Positions 1 to 12,000 of a stretch of DNA of 64,000 nucleotides are shown here, in pieces. The translations under genes and the position numbers were made by a program. Numbering within the stretch: the first letter of the stretch is position 1; each line of letters begins with the position of its first letter. Source of the DNA: Candidatus Omnitrophota bacterium (GTDB lineage Bacteria; Omnitrophota; Gorgyraeia; 2-01-FULL-45-10); the NCBI GenBank assembly GCA_026387175.1, contig JAPLME010000010.1, positions 62,096 to 126,095 on the forward strand, given 5' to 3'. Below the pieces are notes generated by a model. The model made no database searches. It saw only the letters and a list, made by a program, of their open reading frames with translations, and had not been told where the DNA came from.

Positions 1-3000
1 ATAGAATCCACTATGCGCTATGGTATCACTGATATAGTGACAGGTGCCCCCCTCGCGCAATATTTCGACGCACGTGGTAACGCGAAATACCAGATTACTA
101 CAACCTCAAACCAGTTAAATATTACGGGCGATATAGCAGAGGCGCGTTTCCAGATGGTCGATACGACTCAGCGTGAAAATATTAAATTCGACGACCGTGG
201 CAGGGTCACTTCATATAAAGAAACATCCATAGACGGCGCGACGAACGGCAAAGTTATCACAGAGTCTGTAAATACGATCACCGGCTATGATTATAAGAAT
301 AGGACCACGGCGATCGAGTCGCTCGCGCACAAACATGGCGAGGATGTTGCTACCGGTGAGATCCTTGACGAAACATCCTGGACGAAGCGGGAGATCCTCG
401 AGTATGACTCGCTCGACAGAGCAATAAAGTATGACGAACTTTCGAGAAGCACCACTACCGGAGCTTCTCTTATAAATGGAAAGCTCGATGGAGGCATCCT
501 TGCCACAAAGAATACGACCGGCGTGGAGTACTATTTTAACGATAGCATGAAATCATACTGCGAAGTAACCTCTGCGGATAATATCGATATGAAGACCGAG
601 ACATTACGTTATGACATGAAGTATACCTATCTGAATCAGCTCATCTCCGACACCGAAAAAGCCCATCAGCATGATATAAGAGCCGATCTTACAGTCATTG
701 TCGATATCACAGCCATTACCGAGAGAAGCGGCATGACCTACAATGCTGTGGGCCAGATGACGGAATTCCAGGTTAAGTCCTGGTCGACGGCGGCTACAGA
801 TAGCGTAAGCACCGTTAAGACGACTGGTATGACTTATAATCAGCTAGGACGCATGATTGACTCGACTTCAGATGAGACTACCGGGAATGTTGCCGGAGAG
901 GCGATCAGCCGTATCGAAAGCGCGCTCCAGGGCTTTGACATTCTCACTCTCGAAGAGAAGAACGCGAAACTCGATGAGATAGGCGGCGCTCTCGGCCTCA
1001 AAAAAGGTGATATCACAGCCCGCAAAGCTCTCATAGACATGGGCGTCGCAAACTTTATAACAAGACTTAAGTCTGTCGGGGCTTTTGTCCTGAACTGTGC
1101 CGCCGCCGCTCTCACTTATATACTGGGAGCGTTCGGTAAGGTCCAAGCGGCCTACGAGACCATAAAGAGCCTGATCCTTACTGATCTCCTTACGGGCGGT
1201 ATCAATCCGGCAAATCTCACCGGCGCGATCGAGACATCAATGTACGCCATTATAAAGACGGCCCAGAAGAATGGCCTTAAGTTAGCCGGTGGAGCTGTGG
1301 CTCTCGACAGCCTTATAGGGATTGTGAATACGGTTAATCCCGTAATAGGTGTATTTATGAAAGGCGCCGAGACACACTATGTAGCTATCATCTATATTAC
1401 GCAGACCGTTATCAGCTACGTAGAGTCAGGACAAGTAGTTACGGTCGAGCGAAGCGAATTTGTAAAGCAGTATCAGTATACGGGAAAAGTTATCGCTAAT
1501 GAGGATATGCTTCGCGCAGACGAAATCCTGAATAATGAGGAACAAATTAAAGCCATTCGGGCGACAAAGAGCGCGGTCGAAGAGATAAATCCATTCACTA
1601 CCATAAAGACAACGACCGTGAAGACCAATATCCAATATACCAATATACAGACGGGCCTGGCGACCACATGGCATGAATATACCACGAGCGATAGTTCACC
1701 CGATAAAGTAACCAATGCCGATGTCGAAGCGACCTATAACGACAAAGGCCAGATGCTCAGCTATCGTACGCGTATGACAGAGACGGGCATTAACGGCGAG
1801 CTTGGCAAGTTAGAGAGGTCTTACAGCTTCCTTAAGAACAATTTCAGTTACGATCAAGCAACGGGGCAGGCCTCGCAGTGGCAACAAACCACATATGCGG
1901 ACACTCAGTCACCGGATCTTGTGATAGATTCGACCGTTGAAGTTACTTATGACTCGCTGCTACACATGGCTACATATACTGAGCAGGGCCATAAGAAGAG
2001 TCTCACTGATGAAGCTATATATAACGAAGCTTATACGCTAAAAAAGACAGAGCTTGTCTACAATGCATTCGGCCAGGCAGTATCCTGGACCGAAAAATCG
2101 TCATCAGATCCAGCCTTTGATCCCGCCCTCAATAAAGTGACCACAACAAAGGTCGTTGTCGAATATGATGATCTTGGCCGGACAGCGAAGAAGACAGACA
2201 ACATTAGTGAAAATGGCCCTGGCCTTGACCATACATATACCATAGTAAGCGGGATAACGGGTTATGACGGCCTAGGCAGTGTAAAGCGTGTGACTAAGAC
2301 CACGACCGATGGCGATAAGATATCGATCGAGAGCGATACGGAAGATAAAGAATATGATAGCCAGGGCCGTCTTGAGTATTCAAGGACGGACGTAACCGAG
2401 AAGTCTAAGGATGGCATTAGCCTTAATCACAAATATGCAGTCGAAACTTTCATGAAGGACATTGCCGGTGTTACACAATACTACAATGACCTTGGCCAGA
2501 TCCTCAAAATGAAGCGGGTTACCATAGATGACGGCAAGATTACGACCGAGACTGACACAGAAAACAGGACATACAATTCGCTAGGGCAGTTTAAGTATTC
2601 AAAGGCTGCAATTAGAGAACAATCTAAAGATCTTGTCAGCCTTGACCATACCTATACACAAGAGATGTCGGCAAATGAGTATAATTTGCTCGGCCAGATC
2701 AGCATTATGATCCGTACCACCGTTGATGAAGGTAAGACGACTACCGAGATCGATAGAGCGAAAAGGACCTATACAGAGGCTGGCCAACTCAAAACGTCGG
2801 ATGTTGAAATCACGGAGAAAGGCGGCGCGCTTGATCATATGTATAGGACTTATACCGATATTCAATTATATGACGGCCTCGGCCAGGTTGCGCGCATGAC
2901 CCGCACCACGACCGATGACGAAAAGCAAACCGTAGAGGCTGATGACGCCGTTGTCGTAAGGACCTATGACTCGCAGGGCCGTCTTAAGCATTCGAAGACC

Positions 3001-6000
3001 GCCATCACTGAACAATCGATAGAAGGCAGCGAGCTTAACCTTAACCACACCTACACGGTCGAGACTTCCATTAATACCTATAACCCTCTCGGGCAGACCC
3101 TCAGGATGTCTCATATCACTGTGGATGACAACAAGACTACGACAGAGACCGATACAGCTAATAGAACATATAATGTAAAGGGCCAGCTCGAGACTTCCGC
3201 CACTCGGATAAATGAAACGGGAGGCGTTTTAAACCATACCTATGACACAAAGATGACTATTAACTCTTACAATGATATCGGTCAGATAGAGAATATGACC
3301 CGCACCACGACCGATGACGAAAAGCAAACCGTAGAGGCCGATGATGCCAAAGTTGTAAGGGCCTATGACTCGCATGGCCGTCTTGAACATTCGAAGACCG
3401 CCATCACTGAACAATCGATAGAAGGCAGCGAGCTTAACCTTAACCACACCTACACGGTCGAGACTTCCGTTAATGCCTATAACCCTCTCGGGCAGACCCT
3501 CAGGATGTCTCGTGTTACCGTTGAATATTTAAAGGCTGCGGATGGAAATACTATAGTTGGGAAGACCACGACTGATACTGACGTATCTGATAGAACATAT
3601 AATGTGAAGGGCCAGCTTGAGACTTCCGCCAGCCGGATAAACGAGAAGGGCACAGGCCTGGATCATACTTACTATACAAGCATGAGAGTTGACGATTACG
3701 ATCTGCTTGGTCAAGTCGCGCGCATGACCCGCACCACGACCGACGATGAAAAGACTACCGTAGAGACTGATATAGCACCAAGAGCCTATGACTCGCAGGG
3801 CCGTCTTGAGCATTCGAAGACCGCCATCACTGAACAATCAATAGAAGGCAGCGAGCTTAACCTTAACCACACCTACACGGTCGAGACTTCCGTCAATACC
3901 TATAACCCTCTCGGACAGAACCTCAGGGTGTCTCATGTCACTGTTGATAATGGAAAGACCACGACCGAGACAGATACATCTGACAGGACATACGATATAT
4001 TGGGCCAGCTTAAGACTTCCACAAGCCTGATAGAGGAAAAAGGCACAGGCCTGTACCATATCTATAATATGGGCACGACTATCCTATCATACAATACACT
4101 GGGTCAGACCTTGGAGATGATACGCACCACAATAGAAGAGGACAAGACCACTACTGAGACGGATAAGGCGGAGAGGACTTATAATTCACTCGGGCAACTT
4201 CTGACTTCAGAAACTGATGTGCGCGAATATGGCCCGGGCCTTGACCGTACTTACACAATGAAGACAAGGGAAATATTATATAACGCTATTGGCCAGGCAA
4301 AGCGCATGTCTCGCACCATAGAAGATGGCGGTAAGACCACGACAGAAGAGGATACGGCAGATAGGAGATATGATGACCAGGGGCTTCTCAGCGCCACAAA
4401 CATCCACTACGTTGAGCAGGATATAGGGACTAAGGGCCTTGTGTTCAACCATTCTTATGATACCCAGACAATGATGGAGTGCAATGCGCTTGAGCAGGTT
4501 AAAAAGATGAAGAAAATTACGACAGACAATGGCAAGGTAACCACGGAAGAGGATGTTAGTGAAAGGAAGTATAAACTCGATGGCAAGTTAGAAAGCTCAG
4601 TTACCCAAATCCATGAAGAAGGCACCGTAGACGGGGTCCAGGTTCTGGAAAACGATTATAGGCTGACGACCGATGTTAAGGAGTATAATCTGCTCGGCCA
4701 GGTTAAGCGGATGGTCCGTATTACAAATGATGGATACAGAGTAGTAACTGAGACCGACAATAGTGGCAGGCTCTATGACACAAGTGGCAGGCTCTCAAAG
4801 TCGAATGTGAATAACCATGAAGTCGGCAGCTTGACGAAGTTGGATATGGGCAACAATGAAGTCGGCGGGCTTAACGGAACAGTTGTTCTGGACCATGCAT
4901 ACGACTTGATTACCGAGATCACAAAGTATAACGATCTCGACCAGACCCTGCAGATGACGCGCACGACGGTTGATGGCAAGAAGACCACGGTTGAGCTGGA
5001 CATCGAAAAAGATAGAACTTACGACATTCTAGGCCGGGTACTTGACACGAAAATTGCCATCACCGAACAGTCAGATGATAAACTTAGTCTTAATCATACC
5101 TACACCGTAGAGGCATCTATAACAGTTTACGACATGATGGGTCGGGTGCTTCAGTCGACGCGCACTACTATTGACGGCATTGACGGCGGCAAAAAAACCA
5201 TAGAAATCGATACGAAGGATCGGGCCTATGATATTGATAGCAGGCTCATATATTCAATGATCAAGTGCAGAGATACGAATAAGGCCACAGAAACTGCCGC
5301 CGAAGGCGCCCTCCTCGACCACACATATACGTTAACGACTAATATAAATAAGGAAAACGGCTATAACAACCTTGGCCAGCTTCTCCTTATGGACCGCAAG
5401 ACCGTTGATTACGTGATTGTTAATGGCAAGCTTGTAGAAGGCAAGACTACAACCGAGACTGATATCTCCACCTCGCCCAGAACCTATAACGTGCGCGGCC
5501 AGCTCAAGACCTCTGCTACCAGTATCAATGAATCGGGAGGGGCCTTGCCCGGTAACGTGCTTGATCATACATATACTGTGTCAGTGGAAGCAGCGAAGTA
5601 TGACGATTTCGGCCAAGTTCTTCGGATGACCCGCACGACTATCGACTACGGCCAACTTACTACCGCGATTGATATCAACGCTGGCAAGGTCACGACCGAG
5701 GTTGATACGGCTGACAGAACTTATGATTCAGCGGGCCAGCTCACATATTCAAAGGCAAGGATTACGGAAACTTCCGTAACCGGGATGGCCCTTAATCATT
5801 CATCCTTCCAGGAGAAGACGGTTTATGAGTACAACTCTCTTGGCCAGGCGACGAAATATCGCGACATATCAACCGAGCTTCTCGCTGATGGCGTGACTAC
5901 AGGCGTTGTGACCACTTCCAATACCAGTGATGTGCAATACAATAGGCAGGGTCAGATGGCCAGCATGACCAGCGCTTCATCCGCTTCATCAGGCCCCGAT

Positions 6001-9000
6001 CTCACGACGGTCAGGACCATGTCGGATATAGTATATGACACACTTGGCCTGATGATTTCATATAAGGATGCGGTAACCCAGAAGTCGTATAATATTAACG
6101 GCGATCCGAATTCTGGGATTAAATTCAATACCACGGATACCGTTATAGGTTATCATACGTCAAAAGATAAAGATGACGCAGGGAATCTCACAGGATACCC
6201 TCTCGGAGGCACGGTCATATCAAAATCGGATATTCAGGGTGATGTCACAACCTGGGTATATGACGCGCGTGACCGGCTCGTGAAGATCCAGAATCCGGAC
6301 GGCAGCATAACAGAGTACGTCTACGATGGCGACACCACTCTTATCAGGAAAGAGATCTACACTCTTGCCGATGGCAAAACAAAGACCACTAAAGAATATG
6401 ACGCAGACGGCAGGCTTGTGAAAATAGCTAACCCTGACGGCACCACGATCACATGGCAGTATGACACATTGGATAGGCTGAATATAATAACTGACGCGGA
6501 TGGCATGACTTCTACTTACACCTACTATGGGAATACTTCGATAATAAACTCGATCGAGGATTGTGATAAGAATAGCAGCGTCGTTAAGAAACGGCAGGTC
6601 TACTCCTATTATGACGCTTCCAGAAATCTTGTCGCAGCTGTAAATCTGACCAGCACCTCGGCATATGAAACTTATACTATAACCGAAACTGATCTCGACC
6701 CAGGCTACCTCTCATTCGGCGGGAGCGACTATCTCCAGCTTCCTCTCATACAGTTGAAACAGAATGGCACTATTGCGATGTGGGTGAAACTGAGCAACAC
6801 AGGTGACATGGATATCTATGGCGATGATGCATCAGGAAAAGGCGGCGGCCTGCAGGTGAAGGATGGATTTTTCTGTAGTGTTGTGGGTGCCAATAGATGG
6901 TCGACCGGTGTAGCGGTGGCGGCCGATAAATGGTACTACGTTGCGCAGGTATTTACCAGTACATCGACCACGACTTATATCTACGACGCTGATGGTAATA
7001 AATTATCGGGCGCGACAAAAGCCCTCGCCATTACCCAACAAAATCCGGCTGTCTGTCAGCTCCAGGTAGGAAGATCCTCGACAGACGTTGCTTTAGGCCT
7101 TAACGGTTTCAAGGGACAGATCGATCAGCTTGCGATATATAATACGGCGCTTTCAGAACAAGAGATGGATATGGGTAGGTATTCCGAAGGATCTGCCAGG
7201 AGCATGACCCAGAAGCTTATGGCATTCTATTCGTTCAATGATGGCACCGCGACCGATCTGACCGGCAATAAATATAACGGTTCATTTATCGGAGATCCGT
7301 CTTTTGCCATGGGGGCCAGGCCTGGGGTAAAAACCAGCTTTACTGCCGATCAGTATGATAAGAATGGCACATATATAAAGTCCTATCTTCCTGTTTTTGG
7401 GAGCTGCCCCATAGCTACGGCTGCGCTTTGGCCTAGCGGATGCTGGTCTCAGTCAGGCTTGCAATCGTTTTCTGCAGGTAATGTGAACGATGGAGGCAGC
7501 AGCATCGCTTTTCATACAGACTCGGCTGCTGTTGGTTCATGGCTTACACTAGATGCAGGCTCCGCAAAAGCGTTTACCGGAGTTACGATCTGTTCCGGAC
7601 GATCGATCCAGCCGAATGTTTCCAAATGGGAAATCCAATGGTCCGATAACGCTTCATCGTGGACTACAACAGGAGATAAAATCGATCTTAGCACCAATTA
7701 CGGTGGTTGGGTGGAGGCGCGATGGGCAAGTACCGCAGGCGCCCATAGATATTGGAGATTATATAAGCTGAATGCAGCCTCCGGCGGCGATTATGTCAGA
7801 GAAGTTCAATTCTTTACAGGGACCGATAAATATGCCAATGCCAATCCTGTGTCGAACACCGCCTTTGTTGCGTCCCCTGCGCCTGTACCGCCGATAACTA
7901 CCGGGCCGATTGGACTGACAGTAACTACGCCGCAGGCGAGCACTGCTTCTTACCCGCCGCCGGTAGTTACTTCGGTGCAGGAAGATCCCAACACCCCCGG
8001 TATCCTTCTTGTCACCTGGGGAGATAAGGGCGGCACAACGCAGACGCAGCGAAAATTTGACTTATCGACAAAGGATTATGTGCTGAATCCTGATGGCACT
8101 ATCTTCGAAACATCGATAGCTTTACCTGCCTTGGCTCCGTCAGATACTCAGACCCTTAATCTCGACGGCGGCGCTTCCATAAAGTATTGGGACCAGCCGT
8201 ACGCAGACGGCGCGTTTTACGTAACCGCATACCAGAATTACGATAACAAGGGTAATGCAGTAGGCGAGGTGCAGTATATCGGCCAGGCGCGTTCTTCGTC
8301 CGGGACGCTTCCTGTCATGACAAAACTGTCCGATGGCGGTTTCGCGCTCGTAGGGTGGGATGAAGGCAAAAAGGAGCTATACTATACCGAAATTTCGCCC
8401 AAGATGAGCGTCTCTTCGAATACCTCCCGCACGGATATCAAGTATGATATCCTGGGCCGTCTCATGACATATACCGATGTATCGAGCTCCTCCGCCTCGC
8501 CTGACCTTGAGACGACGACCGATAGGTCGGAGACCAGATACAATGCCCTCGGCCAGGTCACCTCATATATCGAGACGACGGCGAGCAAGGAATATGGCAG
8601 CGCTATATATCTTGAGAATACTAAGAATATGAGCGCTATCACATACAATACCCTCGGTCAAATGACGGAATATGTGGAGAAGAGCCACGATATCAGTACC
8701 GCTCCCGCTTCGGAGAAGATGCTCCTTGACACTGAGACCACCACGACGCGGACCATAAAGACTTATGATAAACAGGGCCGGATGACGGAGTATACGGATG
8801 TGATCGCGCCGGTGAGATCGAATGATGCCGATATTTCCATGATCACTACGACTAAGACCGTAAAGGATATAACTTACGACCCTTCGATCGGAGGCATGAG
8901 CGGATATCATGAAGACTCCAATGATAAAGGCGGCATGGTGCGAATGGATGATGGGAGCGTTACGTACGCGCTTGACATTACAACGACGACAGACCGATCC

Positions 9001-12000
9001 GGCGTCATATATAATTCCCAAAACCAGATCGCCGGATATACGGATAAGATCACGACAGACGGCGATACAAAGATCGAAACTAAGACTATTTCCGGGATGA
9101 AGTATTCGCGCACCGGACGGTCGGCCGGAAGCGTTACAAAGACGCGTGAGACCGGATCCACCGTGTTGGACGGCTATACATACGCGCTTGATTCTACTAC
9201 GACTACCACCCAGACCGATCTTGTTTATAACAAACTGGGGCAGCTTACTAAATATACCAATGTGACGATCGCCGATGCCGCCCCTGAGCGTGCCACTACA
9301 CTATTCATGAAGAATATCAAGTATGACGTGACGGGCCGCATTATAGACTATGACCAGAGTACAGTTGAACGGGCCTCTAATACATATGACCTTAACGGCG
9401 ACGGGGTGCTTGATCAAGGCGATCTTGATGCCCTGACAGAGTATATGGTCAATAAGGCGAAGGCAGATCCGGGGTATGGATATTGCCGCATCGATATCAA
9501 TGGCGATAACAAGATCGATGCAATTGATATCGATATTATCAAGAGTGCGTTGAAACCCTTTAGCGAGGGCGGTTTTGATATGGATGGGAACGGCTATATC
9601 GACGATATGGATAAACAGATATTCAGTCAAAATCTGATGGCGATCATCTCCGAGCACGCTAATATTCAGGGTCCCATTTATGACCAAACCACTCTCGCTC
9701 GTGTTCCCGAAGATACTACGGGGAGGCAGTTCGTCTGTGATGGCTATCTTACCGGAACTAATTATAAGGTCTATGTCGATGGAATAGAGCAGGCCCAAAC
9801 CGGTGTATATACGGTGAGTGAAGCAGATGAAAAAACTACCATCACCTTTAATGCACGAATAAATACCAGCAGTACAGTAGCTCTTAGTCGGCTCATCCAT
9901 GATGCGCAGCCCGGATGGGATAAGCGCTTTGACTTGAATGGCGATAATAAGATCGACCTCTCCGACCTCGAAGAGGCGTCAAAGAGGATACTGGAAATTA
10001 AAACACTCCTTATAGAGAAGTCCAAGGATATAGATTACCTTGCTCTATCTACGAGCGGTAAATATGACCTGAGTTATTCCGGAGGCGGGTACGACCTTAA
10101 TAACGATGGTTATATAAGCGCTGATGATATTAAGACATTCTTCGCGACCGTTACTGTTGATGGCCAACAGATGCCGCTCTACCAGGCATGGCTGCAGGAT
10201 ATGATGGGGAGCGTTGTTCTCAAAAATCCCTCCGGGGGTACGACGGGTAATCAATTCGTCACGAACGGCTCTCTTTCAGGAAAGCTTTGCACTGTCTATG
10301 TCAACGGGGTTGCTCAGGTGCTGAATTCCATCGCATCTAACGGATATACAGTGCTTGAGACAGGGACAGGAAATAATATCGTCAGCACAATTACCTTAAA
10401 AGCAACTATAACTGATCCAAATGCGAAGGTAGAGCTCTCCGTGCGTAAGCTTGAGAATAGCGTTACCCTTGCCAGCGTTTCCGGAGATACCACCGGAAAG
10501 CAGTTTACCCTAGACGGCTCTCTTGCGGGAAGGCTTTACACGGTCTTTGTCGATGGGACAGCTCAGGTTCTGAACAGCGGATATACGGTGAGCGAAATGA
10601 CGGACAGCACTACACATGCTGTTACCACCACGATCACCTTCACTACTGCGATACCCATCGGCAAAACAGTGAAGCTCTCCCAATGGGTGACCACGCCTGA
10701 CAATATCGCGACGGCTAACCTGAAGTCAAATCTCCTACCGCTCTACGTTAACACGGTAAAGGATGGCAAGACGGATGAATTAATGGTTGAAAACCCGTAC
10801 CTTGAAAGCCTTGCTGCCCAGATTAATAAAGTCATAGCGCAGTGTTTTAACATTAAAGCGACAGCACAAGGCACTCCTGGCACGTTTAACTTCTCCAGTT
10901 ACCTGTATTCATTAGCTAATGCTAAATATAACATCACGCTTGATAAGGTAATAGGTACCGGCGATGGATCGACCACGAGATTTGAGACCGGCCTTACGCT
11001 CGCAGATAAGAGCTATCAGATTTTTGTTAATGGTCAACTCAGTAAGTCGACCAGCTACACTGTGGATAGCGCTGGCGCTGTAACTTTCACTGCGGCTCCC
11101 GCCTCCGGCCAGGAGGTCAAGATATCGATTACACAGGTAAGGGAGAATAAAGATATAGGCCCCGGTAATGGGTCGACCAAGAAGTTTAATATCGGCTATC
11201 CGATCGTAGGCAAGACGGTCAATGTCTATGTGGATAGCGTGGTGAACGGCGTGGTAGTGAGCAGTGCGCTAATGGCTAACAACACCTATGACGTTGACCC
11301 GATTTTAGGTACCATTACTTTCAAAACAGGTACTCCGGCACCGCCAGCCAATACGAAAGTCAGGATAAAAGTGGACAATTATGACTGTTCCGTTGATGAC
11401 GCCGCCAAGACCATTACCTTTAACAATAATATTTCTACGTCTGGCATGGATGTCATGATCAAGATCAATAGCTCCGTAGGCACACTTTCCGCCCTGGATA
11501 TCATCCAGACTTTTGACAGCAATGGCAATAAAGTCCTCGATATAGCCGATGTTAATAAGCTATGGAACGACTGGAAGAAAGGAAATTTCGTATTACCTGG
11601 AGACCCTACTGATACTACGGGTGCGGGATTTAGTGGTATTTACGCCCTGGAGCTGGCAAAGTTCCTCGGCGGCGGGCAAGCTAATGGCGCTATCTCCGGG
11701 GTGCTCGATACATCCTACAGCTTTAAACAGGGAACCGCCGACTTTATGGCATTGCTCTCTCTGAGTTCTGGCTTATGGGCAGCGACGGACTATTTAGAAT
11801 TATTGAGCAGGTTCAAAGGCTTCACCAATATTGCCGTGTATGACAGTAATTCCGATAAACAGATCAGCGCAGTAAGGGATACTATTACGGGAAAAACAGC
11901 TGATGAGACCGCGTTTAGTAATCTTATACAGGATCTTCTGTATAAGAGCGGAGTAATAAAGAAAAGTAGCCTCGCCAGCGATGACCCGCTTCTTAATCTT

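Larger units (their letters stand above)
730..6560 (+). other. YD/RHS-like repeat region of the giant protein (degenerate ~45-aa hairpin repeats)
   Basis: Recurrent YNxLGQ..., YDxxGRL... and RTYNVKGQLETS motifs. Canonical RHS-type repeats lie at nt 6250-6540 (WVYDARDRLVKIQNPDGSITEYVYDGDTTLIRKE...EYDADGRLVKIANPDGTTITWQYDTLDRL). No DPxGL/PxxxxDPxG Rhs core motif was seen. Confidence 0.6.

Noticed and set aside
2899-4125. Tandem near-identical repeats that could be mistaken for a CRISPR array or a satellite
   Set aside because: Units are ~400 nt, in frame, and encode YD-repeat protein modules with no spacer/repeat alternation. Nothing in the window has the 25-40-nt repeat plus unique-spacer structure of CRISPR. 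No cas genes are present.
7553-7771. Small plus-strand and minus-strand ORFs of 60-200 aa scattered inside the giant gene (for example 7553-7771, 8563-9021, 9301-9900, 42118-42762)
   Set aside because: All are out-of-frame overlaps of the giant CDS with no independent signals. They are ordinary alternative-frame noise.
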